Below, one piece after another: positions 14,001-26,000 of a DNA stretch of 64,000 nt. This DNA comes from Antedon mediterranea. Its lineage: Eukaryota; Animalia; Echinodermata. The stretch lies in the NCBI RefSeq assembly GCF_964355755.1, contig NC_092678.1, forward strand, positions 15,419,881 to 15,483,880, read 5' to 3'. A program made the position numbers and the translations under genes. The number at the start of each line of letters is the position of its first letter. Positions within the stretch are counted from its first letter, which is position 1. Below the pieces are notes generated by a model, which saw only the letters and a program-made list of their open reading frames with translations, ran no database searches and had not been told where the DNA came from.

Positions 14001-17000
14001 TCTTGTATTTTGACTCCAAATTTGTTGACTAACTTTATCCTGAACACCACACTTTAAAATTAGGACTTATAAGTACTTTCAGAAGGAGAAACATATAATA
14101 ACAAATAAATAAATCCTTTAAATTGATGATTTTACAGATGTGTTTCTTTGTATACTGTAATGACAATGTAACTCCTCGAGCTCCCCATGCTCAATGTTTT
14201 TGTTTCTATGGAGCGCCAAAAGAGCAACAATAATAGTACAAGTATAAAAACAGAAAGAAAACGAAACAAAAAAACTTATCATGATTTTTAAATTAAAATT
14301 TATTTGCCAGTATTTATTTCTTCGTACTTGCATGATTATACTATTATCATTACAATTTTAATTTTACATTGTTCCATCCACACTGTAGATGGACTCCACA
14401 GAGTTTTCAGCCCTCTATATAATTTTTGCTCTTTTGACGTTCCATAGAAACAAAAACATTGAACATGGCCCATGGGGTAGGCCTACTGTACTGTAGGCTA
14501 GTCATTTTGTGAGCGAGAAAAACGTCTGTAAAATCATCAATTTAAAAATGTATTTTTGTTACTTTTTATGTGATTCTTTTTCATGAAAGTGCCAATTCTA
14601 AGGTGTGGTATTCAGAATAAATGTTGGGAGTTAAAATACAAGGCAGGTGCGAAAGATAAATATTTGTAATCTTAGGTGTTGGGTCTTAGCTTTCGTGATC
14701 TTAGGTCTTAGGGGGTCTGAGCTTTCGTGGTCTGAGCTTTCGTGACACCCGAACTCTAGGTGCCTTTTTAGCAGAGATATACCTGAAAAAAGGAAATTTG
14801 AAATCTGCCATTTTGAAATCCAACATGGACGCCATGGGATCAAAATGTTAGTTATACCAGTATGTTTGTTGACCCCACTACCATATAATTTGCACCTAAA
14901 ATCAGAACTCTAGGTGCCTCTTTAGCAGAGAAATACCTAAAAAGTGAAAATTTGAAGTCCGCCATTTTGAAATCCAAAATGGCCGCCATGCAATTAAAAT
15001 ATTAGTTATACCAATATGTTGGGTGACCCCATTACCATATAATTTGCACCTAAATTCAGAACTCTAGGTGCCTATTTAGCAGAGATATACCTGAAAAGTG
15101 AACAATTTGGGTCCGCCATTTTGAAATCCAAAATGGCGGATTTCCCCTGACCAAATTTTGTGCAACCCTTCCATTTCATATTTTTGACACCCTAATGAAT
15201 AACTGTGCAAAGTTTCAGAATGTTATCACAATTTGAAGGATTGGGTCACTTAACAGGCCTACTATAAATTTATTTTTGTTTTTTTTATTTCAAATTTATT
15301 TAGAGCTAGTTACCCTTCCAACTGTACCAGCAGGCCAGTCGATTTAGGGCGCTCATTAAAATGACAACACATAAAGATCTATACTTAACGAAACTCAATA
15401 CAATATAAAAATTAAGACAAAATACATTTTTTAAACCAAAATTTCAAGGAATTAAAAATATTTATTATTACGCTAGAAACATTGCGTAAGAATAAGATTT
15501 TCAGTGCAGTTTTTAAATTTCTTAACACTTTGGCTGCCAGAGGTTTTTCCAGTTAGAAACTGCTACCGCCAGCGTTTTTAGCCCAATTCGATGTTTTTAT
15601 TAAAGCTGATTGAAACTATGCATGTGATCTGTTTTATATGTAATTTAGACTAAAATAATCATAAAGATTTTAGCTTTACAATGGTACCAAGAACGATTTT
15701 TAAATCGCAATATGTAAATCGTAATAGTAAAATGAAAGTAACCCACTTTTTTAGTTTTTCCTAGTTTCGCGCAAGAAAGCCAAGATAATCGCGATTTTGT
15801 GAAAGACATCACAATATGAAAATATCGCCCGGTGAGATCAACAAACAACAAAAAAGTTATTTACACGGCACCTATATGCCTATAAAAACAAGTTATCACT
15901 ATCGAAAAATGTATTACATTTTATAAATCATAAAGCTTACATCAATGTTTCGCCAAAATCCACATACTAAAGACACCAGGCCTAGTTAACCAGGCCTAAA
16001 GTTGGTCCAGAACCGTTTTACGACGACTAGGCCTAGCCTAGATAGTAAACTGATGATAATATCCATATCATTTCAAAACAAGTTTGTTGCGTGAAACTCG
16101 GTCACTTTCAGTAAAACACCAAAACAATTAGGGTATACATATATTATAATAATAAAATTAAAGACTTTATATTGAAAATAACTCCATTATTTTTTATTTA
16201 GATAACAAACAAATATGTCAATCCACAAAACTTTTGTAATGCTTCGGCGGCATAGCTAGCGCGCGACCGATGCACAATGCGCCAAGCCATCGCTCTACGC
16301 GCTACTGTTATGCGCGGTGTTTGTTATTTCGACAGGTACCATTTTGACAGTCGTTCGTAACCAGATTAGTTACTTTCAAATAGTGAAATATTCACGGTCC
16401 AGACCGAATATAGTGTTCATATTTATAGTATATACCAATAATTAACCTATCTACCGGATTTCGTAAAAAAGCGCGAAACACGAAGATCTTCGTGTTTGGC
16501 AGTCAAGCGTTGTGTTTCCAAACACGAAGATCTTCGTGTTTGGCAGTCAAAGTGTTAAAACTCACTTGTTTAAATAGAATTTTACTCTTATAGCACTTTA
16601 TAAATGCTTGTGTATGTGTATGTACAGCCATACTGCGTTGAAACCCCGGTTCTCGTTAGATCACCCAAGTTAAGCAACGTAGGGCCCGGTTGCGTTCTGG
16701 ATGGGAGACCGTCTAGAAATAGCGGCGGGTGCTGTATATACTGGAGAGTGATGGTGTAATGGATCGCACTTAACAGTGCATGTTAAAGAACTTAATACAC
16801 TATTCGAAAAGAGTAGGGGATCATCTCCCGGTGTGCTGATCTGGTAGGCGCTGCACTGCTGGAAGGCCTAATCTGAATTTGAGTTTCAATTTAAACTTGA
16901 GGACTAAGAATAACACATTTAACAGTTTTTATTTGTGTATTATAATTATAACCTATTACGAGTACTGACCTTTGTAAATCTAACCTTTGACATAATGTTT

Positions 17001-20000
17001 CAACAGCTTCCAATCGCTTTACTAAATCGCCATCTTCACCAAGAAAATAGTTATATTTCTAAAACAGTAGAACAAATATATTAAATATAAATAAAAGATA
17101 AAAGTGGATGAAGGAACGAATGAAATAGTAGTAGTTGGCAACACCGTAACACAAATGGGGAAGCATGAAAAGTGCAACATTAGTCTACAGCGCATTGAGA
17201 TGTGTGAAATACACTGTAAAGATACATTAACTATATAAAGCTAAGCCAAGAGAGCAATAAATGTCAAGTGAGGCTCACCTTACAAGTGTCTCTAAGAGCC
17301 TTTCTCTCCCGTCTCATTGCTTTCTTCAAAGCTTCTCTTTCTTTCTTAGCTTCATCGGCCTGAAAAATGTACATAAAATCACATAATGAAGAATGCATTG
17401 AAAAAAAAATGAAGAATTCTCAAAGGTCAATCATCATGTTATGAATTATAATAAAAACAAATTATCAAAACAATTATCGCACTCGGAGAGGCTCAGAGAA
17501 AGACCAAAAGGAAGACCAACAACAACATGGATGGCAAACATAAAAAAGGAAACACAACTTTTCACATGCGGACCTATATACATGCTTGCTCAAAAACGTA
17601 CTGAGTGGCAAACACAAGTGAGACGCGCAATGTCTAACGACGATTAGCGTTTAAAATGATGACGATCAAGCATAGTTCAGAATAATCAAGTAGATTAAGT
17701 GGTCAATGCTTAACAGAATTATATATAACATTTATATAAATATCTCTTGTATTTTGTTGAATGGTTTAAATGAAACAGCAAACACATACAATTATAATAT
17801 TTAAGATTTCTTGGCATTTAATTATATACATTTTGACTACAGCGTCCAGGCTTTTCAATATTCTGTTTGTTTTTACACTGTTTTCTTCAAGCCTATGGCC
17901 AAAAATACAATACAGTACAAGAAAATCACCACGGCATCTACACAACAACTTATAAATTTTAATCCATCAAGTTTTTATAACAAATGTAAAAGTACTTAAA
18001 GTATAGTATTGAATAAATGATTTTCACTTTGTTTATTAAAATTCTAAATTACCTTAGCTTTCTCTTCTGTTTCTCTTTTTACTTTAGCTAATCTCTCAGC
18101 TTCAAGTACAGATTCTTTTTCCTTAAAACAAAACAATAAAAGTTTACATTATAAATCATAATAAAACTAATACAAGTAAGGGCTATAAACCGTAGGTCAA
18201 GTGTACACAAAGTGCGTGTGTGTACTTTAAACAACCTAGTACATCTCTGAAGAAAGGAAGGGTTACCTAGGTGTACTAGTTCACACAGCCACTGTCACAC
18301 ACAGCCACTACTTCTAGTAGGCCTCACATAGTTCCATAATAATTGATAGGACAATGAATCTGATAAGCCGTTGTTTTGAATTTGCGCAAATTAATTTGTC
18401 AGGACTAAAAAGGTTTAAGATGAACTAAATCTGGGGCGGATTGCTATAAGCGGTCTATAATTCGTGACGTAGCAAGTAGTCTTTATTATAGACAATTGCT
18501 ATACCGCGGTCTAACCTGTTAGCGGCCTTTAAAATTAAAGCCTACTCAAAGGAGTCTTAAAACAGTCTTAAACCTCTTTTTTTTTTATTTTACATATTAT
18601 TTATTGTAAAAGACAACAAATTGAATGTTGAATTGAATTGATTGTTAAATCAAATAATAGCGGTGATTTTATTCGTGTATAGGCCTAGAATAGATTTTCT
18701 CGCGTAAAAATATACGTACTGTTATGATTGCGATTTGAACAAGCGTGACGAACATTACCTTATTTAGTATTCTACGCGCAAATACGCCCTCAATTTGTAC
18801 CTTTAGGTGGTCTTAGCTAAGACTGTTTTATAGTCCCTGTTCATAGCTTAACAGCTTACCTTTTTTCTTGCCATCTCAGCAGCTTTAATGATGTCTTGCT
18901 TGGCTTTCTTTTCGGCAGCTTTTCTTTCTTTTTCATCATCTTTAAATTTCTTAATTCTAGGATCACAGGCATATGCGTTATCGGTTTCATAAAATGTTAA
19001 ACAAAATGAATGAATTCATCACATTACTTGAATATTTACAAAGTGGCATTTTAAAACACCAAGTTAGATATAAATATTTAAAACATCTGACAAACTGAGT
19101 GACTGGAAAAGCAATTCAATTATTTTTCAATCAATCAATAGTTTATAAAATTAATTAATCTGTCTGACATAAAATATACACATTGTATTAAGAATAAAAA
19201 TAAAAGCAGTCAGAAAAGAAGTACTTGGCAAAATATATCAGGAAAAACTACATTCGGAGAGAGACGGCTCACTACTTGATATTTCGACATAAGTTAAAAA
19301 AATACAGAGGGCGTGCTTTTTAATATTTTTAGCTTCAGATTTGAATATAAGTTTTTTAGATGTCACCATATCAATCTTCCTGAAAATCAATAGGCATGTT
19401 CTGCAAGTATGTATCTGTATAACACCAAAACATTCAGGACGATATCTTGAAAATGTGTGCGAACAAAAAAACAAAGTGCTATACTTAAAAGCAAAATTAT
19501 ATTTTGCCGAATAATGACGTTATTATATTTAATTGTATTTTTCGGACATATCCCAAGAGTGAGAAAAAATGTGTTTAATTAGATTCGATATATAATGGTT
19601 TAGTCCAATGAACTTCAACCAACACCATAGAACACAAATCAATGAATCATATATTGTATATCCCACAAATTAAAACAAAACATGCTAATGATCTACCCCT
19701 TTGCAAAAAAGCCGTATACGATCCGTATACGCTGAAAACGTATACGACGTATACGGATCGTATACGATTTCACTGTTTACATTATTTCCACTCTGTTGCT
19801 CCACAAAGAGTTGGCGTCGTATACGTTTAGCATACGTAACGTATACGTTGTTTATTCATGATAAGAATATCGTATACGGGACGTATACGAATCATATACG
19901 AACAAACTAGGCCATTTTATAAATTATAATAGCAGTAATGAGTAGAATAGAGCTAAATAAAACATTTAAATTGTCATTACAACAAATACGTACGTAGGCT

Positions 20001-23000
20001 CTGGCCTAGGGCTAGGCCTAGCTAGCACCAGCCATTATTATTAGATAGGCCTAGGCCTAGGCCTAGTCTAGTAGTAGTATTAATTATTAGTAAGTAGTAG
20101 GAGGAGCTAGTACATAAGATCATATTTATTTCTATCTATATTTATTAGATAGCCTATAGGCTACCGATAAAATTCAAACAACGTTTTTCGCAAGTAAATA
20201 AAGTACGCTAAACAGGTATACTAACGTAGGCCTAGAAAAAACAAGGGGCCATTTTCACAAATCGACGATGTTGTTTGCAGTTTTCCTTTATAAAATATGA
20301 CAGAGGTCAGTAAGTGCAGCCGCCGACGACAACCGAGCGTCGCTCGGTTGCCTACAGTTCCAACCTCGTGGTCGACTCGGCTCCCTGGTGGCCAATCATG
20401 CATATCATCGGGTGAATCATCGGGTTCGTCGTTTTCAATTCGTCACGCCACGTGCGAGCTTTGGGTGGTCAAATTACATCGTTATGTTAAGCGATATTAT
20501 TCCGCGACGTGTGTTGTAGCAATGGAGATGGAGTAACAATAATTCGGCAAATAATGCCGAAGAGGAAAACCATGACCCAAAACAGAAGTGGGATCATTGT
20601 ATAATAATAATAATTATTATTTAACGATGAATACATTCGGATTTTGAATATGAAGTCGATCAATTCCGCCGAGGAAAAAAAAAACACAATTAGTGGTGAT
20701 AGTAAATACAATTATATCGAATCTCAATTTATTCCCGGTAGCGAACAGATTGAATTGCTTTCATTTATCTCAGCGGTATTTCTGCTTGGTGATTAAGAAA
20801 TCATAAAACATATCTTTCTTTATTTTCATGGTATTCCAATATGTTTAAAACATAACTACCCTCAACTTTAAATAACAAATTAAATTAGTCTACTAAACAT
20901 TGTTGATTTCCCATGGACCCAACAATACCCCAACTATTTCATTAATAATTGTTTATTTGTAACAGTTTATTTGAAATCCTTGTCCTTTGTTATTGTGTGA
21001 CAATTAAATTAGATTGTACATGCTTATGCTGTATATTATGTAAAAAGATGATTCATGGTAATATCAGATTCTTAAAAAAGATCAACACTTTGAATTCTCA
21101 AAATGTGTTCTATATCTTTATTTGGAGTTAGACTCGTACTACATTCATTAAAATGATAAACAAATCAGGGAATAATTTCGCGAGTGTAGCATAGCAAAAA
21201 GCTATACAAAACACCCTTTTTGCTACACATTTCTACAATTGTGTAGCAAAAAATACAATACAAAACTATGTTTCTTGACTAAAAAATCAGTTTGATAGCA
21301 ATTTTGCTCAACAAAATTTTCAAATGAAATTTTTCCCTGCAAATAGCCGGCAGGCGTGTGTACAGAGGGGGCACAAAAAAACTATTACCTACTAATATTG
21401 TACACAGTTTTATTACATCCTTTTTTAAAGTAACACTAACAGTGCATATTCAATATTATAGTAAAATGTCAATACGTAGTTACGATCGGCGGTATCAACT
21501 AGGCTCATAGTTGTTTACCACTCCAGTGACGCCAATGATATGAATAAAGCCTATCTTATTAAATAGTATCGTGCCCGCGCATATACAACAAAAAGTTACA
21601 AAGGTTCACATATTTATATTAACGATTTTTTTTTTTAATTTACGAATTAAATAATAAAAATAATTAAATACCGCTCGGCTTATCAATGATGGAGGCATAA
21701 AAATGGGGGCGTAGGGTACCATTTTACCAGGGAGATGTAAAATAATTATTTAACTGGTTGGCCCTTTTACTGCGTTCGCATACAATTTATCATTTGGATT
21801 TTTTAAGTTATATGTAGGTTATGTTAAATTGTATTTATCAGTGACAACTCTAGGAAATTTACAGCAATTAGTTCTGTATGCCTAAAATAGTAAAATTCTC
21901 TAAATAAAAACATCGGAGCTTCTTTTTTGTATTTCTGGCTGTTGAATGTTTTGTTGGCACCCCCTAACTCTGCAACGATGATATCCATAATGCATCGTAT
22001 TTCCATTTCACCGTTGTTGATATACTACTAGCAAGAGTAGGTTATTAAAATAATACAATATAACCAAATCTAATATATGGGGGAAAGCTAGCTTGCTTAT
22101 TTTCACAATGAGTGTACCACAGACTCTTTCCTTGGCGTATTTTCCCCAGGCCTAGTTACTCTTAGTTTACTAGAGCTGCTGCAGTAGCTATATACTGCAT
22201 ATTCGATATATACAATTACAATATGCCTATAGCCTAGCTAGCTAGAAGTCATCGAATTTACTATCTACTTGGGCCTACTGTAACTAGGCCTACATCCCAT
22301 TTTTTATTTTTTTTTTTATGGTGAGTTAAAACCCGTAGCCAAAAAATCAACAATGATGATTGAAAATGAATGAATTCTGATCCATCCATGTGGTGATGCA
22401 TGCATGCAGCGCACATAACACAGGCACGTTTTGGGCGAATTTATTTGGATCATTCCATATATATAATAGGGAGCCACATGTATTCTAAATTTTTATTAAA
22501 TTGTAATTTATGGATTTTACTTACTCGTTTTAAATTTAATATACTGCGGGCCCAATTTAATATTTATTTATTTATTTCCAAGTACATTAATATTATTTAA
22601 AGCACTTTCAAATTAATAACAGCACATTTTGTGTGATTCACTTATTAATGGAACATACAAAAGGTAAAGAAATAGCAGAGGGGATAAACAAGGCAGAACA
22701 GCCTGGGTGGGTTTTTATGCTTGCTAGAAAAACAACGTCTAGTAAAATACAGCACCAATTTTTTTCATTCGCAAAAACTATGAACTAAATCATCATAGGG
22801 AATTTAATATACATATACCGACTGAAAAAACAAACAAATTGTACACTAATTATTGAAGTCAAGATGCTCCTGCCATCGTAAATTTATGGTATCGTCGTCT
22901 TGTAAAAAGAGGGACAGTTCCTTTTTGCTTGGTAAAACGATGCAGTTTGTATACACGCGTCGTCGTATACAGATCGTATAATTAGGAAATTGTTTATAAA

Positions 23001-26000
23001 TGATCGTATAAGGTTCGTATATCTTTATTATGCGGGCAGGAACTTCCGAATTGACGTACGTTTCGTATACGAAGTGGACTTCCTATTTGAAACATATACG
23101 AAACGTATGTAAATCGTATACGTTCGTATACGGTTTTTTTGCAAAGGGACATTAAAAAGTCGTTCAGTCAGAAAAGACAGATTGGTAAACTTACCTACAA
23201 GTTGCCTTATTCTAGCTACTTCTTCCTTTTTACTTCTTTGTCTTTCAACTTTATTCTGTTTCTCAATCCACCTCCTCTCCTCTCTATTTTCTCCCTTTTC
23301 TTTTTCCTCCTCATCTAAGTAAGAAAATTCTCTCCAAGACTGGAAATTATACCTATAATATCAAATTATACCAGAATATCAAATTATACCAGAATATCAA
23401 ATTATACCATTTATTTCTTTCAGATTTCAAATTAAATACAGATTAAAAATTGAAAATATAGATTTTATGTTTAAAAAAATGTTATGACTATAAAAAATGA
23501 ATTATTTAATATAGTCTATTTCCTAGAAAAACAATACATTTACATTTACTACAGTTGAGAATAAAGAGTATAATCATTAACTTATACACGATTTTAATTT
23601 TTGTTTATATTTATAAGCAAGAAACTAAAATAATTTTTTTTTTAATATCTAACCAGAAATTGTAGAATTTGTTGACTTCATCAAACGTAGCATTTTCACC
23701 ACCTAACGCTGGCACTCTTGGTTTCAGGGACCACCTGAACAAAAAAATACAATTATATCATTTTATAATATTTAATAAATTATAATAATAGGGAGGTTTC
23801 GCAACCTTACGAATACGATAACGAAAATGGATACGTCACACATTTGTGAAACTTTTGAGCTGATCCCCATTTCATATTCGTAAAGCGTATTCGTGTTGAC
23901 GAATATCACCAGTCATATTTGTAACTACAAAACGAGTATAGTTTTTGATCTATTTTGCATTTGAATCAGGAATGATTCATGATTATAATATAATTATAGA
24001 TTTATTGAAAGTAATTTACTAAAGTAATTTACTAAAATGCCAAGTCAATTTTGATAAATAGCAGTTTTTAAAGTCCTCACTCGCTTTGATGTTACGCTAG
24101 GCCTAGGCAGCCAAGCACCAAGCAACACGTACCTGCACTTCGCTCAAATTTACCGCAGTCATATTTTGGACGCGCCTCAATATTTCGTTGCCAAGCGAAA
24201 CAGATTTGTTTATGGCTTACGAAAACGAATACGTGTGCGTGACGTATTCGTTTTCGTTATCGTAATCGTAAGATTGCGAAACCTCCCTAATATTTACTGA
24301 ATAATTACAAAACATGTTTATACTTGACACTACAGACACAAAAAAACTCAGTTCTTCGTTGTAGTAACAATTACCATCAGGTTGGGTTCGAATATAACCC
24401 ATCAGCGCAAGCTCGGTGGTCAAAAGTTATGGGTTTTGCAACTTTTTATACAAGTGAACGAGCTATAGTATTATGCTGTTGTTAAGAAATTCAACTTTAA
24501 ATTGTGTTTAATTGGTTTGGACACAAAAACATCATACATTCCAATGTGTAAACTGAAACAATAACACACCTAAAAAAGGATGATATAAATAATATATTAC
24601 CTAGAATTCTTTTTAAAAACATCTCGGAATACTTGATAGAAATTTTCTTTTGAATATGTATTGACGCTTGGGACGTCATCCTCAAACTGAGGATCAACAC
24701 TATCGTATGACTTTCTTTTGGTTGGGTTGCCAAGGATATCATATGCTGTGAAAAAGAAAATCTAAATAAAAATGTTGCATAAATAATAAATACAAAAACA
24801 ATCTTAAAAGAAGGTGGATGTATTTTTATTTAAGTAGTGAGACAAAACACGAATCAAATAGGTATATTAAAGCTCTGTCTACACTATCAAACTTTATGTG
24901 ACAAAAAATATGATGTGCATGTGCATATAAAGACATGATGATGTCATCAATACCATATTTAAGCATTTTATTTTCACTATCATATTTTAGGTATATCACA
25001 CTTTTTGTCACATCAATTTTCATAGTATAGACAGAGCTTTATACATCTTCAGTATTATTTAGTAAGCAAAAGTCTTAATTGTTTGTAGTAAAATAAAGTA
25101 AGGTGTATAGCATGGTATAAACTTGGATCTCCATTAAAAACCACTCAGTGAAAGTCAACTACTATGTATTCGTCAATGAATACAATTACTTGCAACCGTA
25201 AGTAATTGTATTTCATTTTTTATAACTTATTTTTCAATAATAATACACCACTATTTATTTCATTAGCTGTTTTGAGCTTTGTAGTGAGCATTATTATGTT
25301 GTTTCTAAGAGCAAGAATTAACATGACTAGCTTTTAAAATGAAGGATATAAATTTGATTTAAATAAATTTTTAGTTTACTTGGTAATTATGTTATTTAAT
25401 AAAAATAATATTAATAAAATAATAATATGGATATATTTGGAAATAATGAAAATAAACTGCTACCTTTTGTGATACATGTGAAGTAATCATCATCTTCACT
25501 GACTTGCACAGTGCCTTCAAGTTTCTTTCGTTTATCTGGGTGATGTTTTAACACTTTATGTTTATCTGAAAATATAATAAAGTACATAAAGTACAACTCA
25601 TTACAGAATCATGAGTTAGCATCAAAAAGTAAATAAATATATCCAACCATTAATACATTTTAATGATATATAAAAAATTGATAAACAATATAAAAAATAA
25701 AATTAGGAATTGAAATTTTTAGACAATCATGAATAAGTATTAAAATGCAATTTATCAGTCAATCATGAATAAGTGTTCAAGAGAATAAGTATTAAAACAC
25801 AATAAAATGCATCACAGTTTTGAAAATTAAGTAAATCAGTAAAATGTATTAAACACTAATGAATTTCTAGTAACTTACATGCTTTCTTAATGTCATCCAC
25901 AGAGGCTCTATACCTTAGCTTAGAGAGGCCTAAAACAGCATAGTGGTCTTGGTCCTGTATCAATAAAGATTTAACTAAATAACTAACAATATGAATTTCT

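Larger units (their letters stand above)
10461..15264. mobile_element. AcademX-type DNA transposon, non-autonomous and palindromic
   Basis: 5'-TAG...CTA-3' termini, TAA TSD (10458-60 and 15265-67), long TIRs with ~150-bp subrepeats, XPG-like ([21 protein letters not shown]) plus Cys-rich coding remnants. Confidence 0.85.

Noticed and set aside
16619-16740. Functional 5S rRNA gene
   Set aside because: Diverged from 5S, lacks an oligo-T terminator, and continues into a SINE body present in several copies
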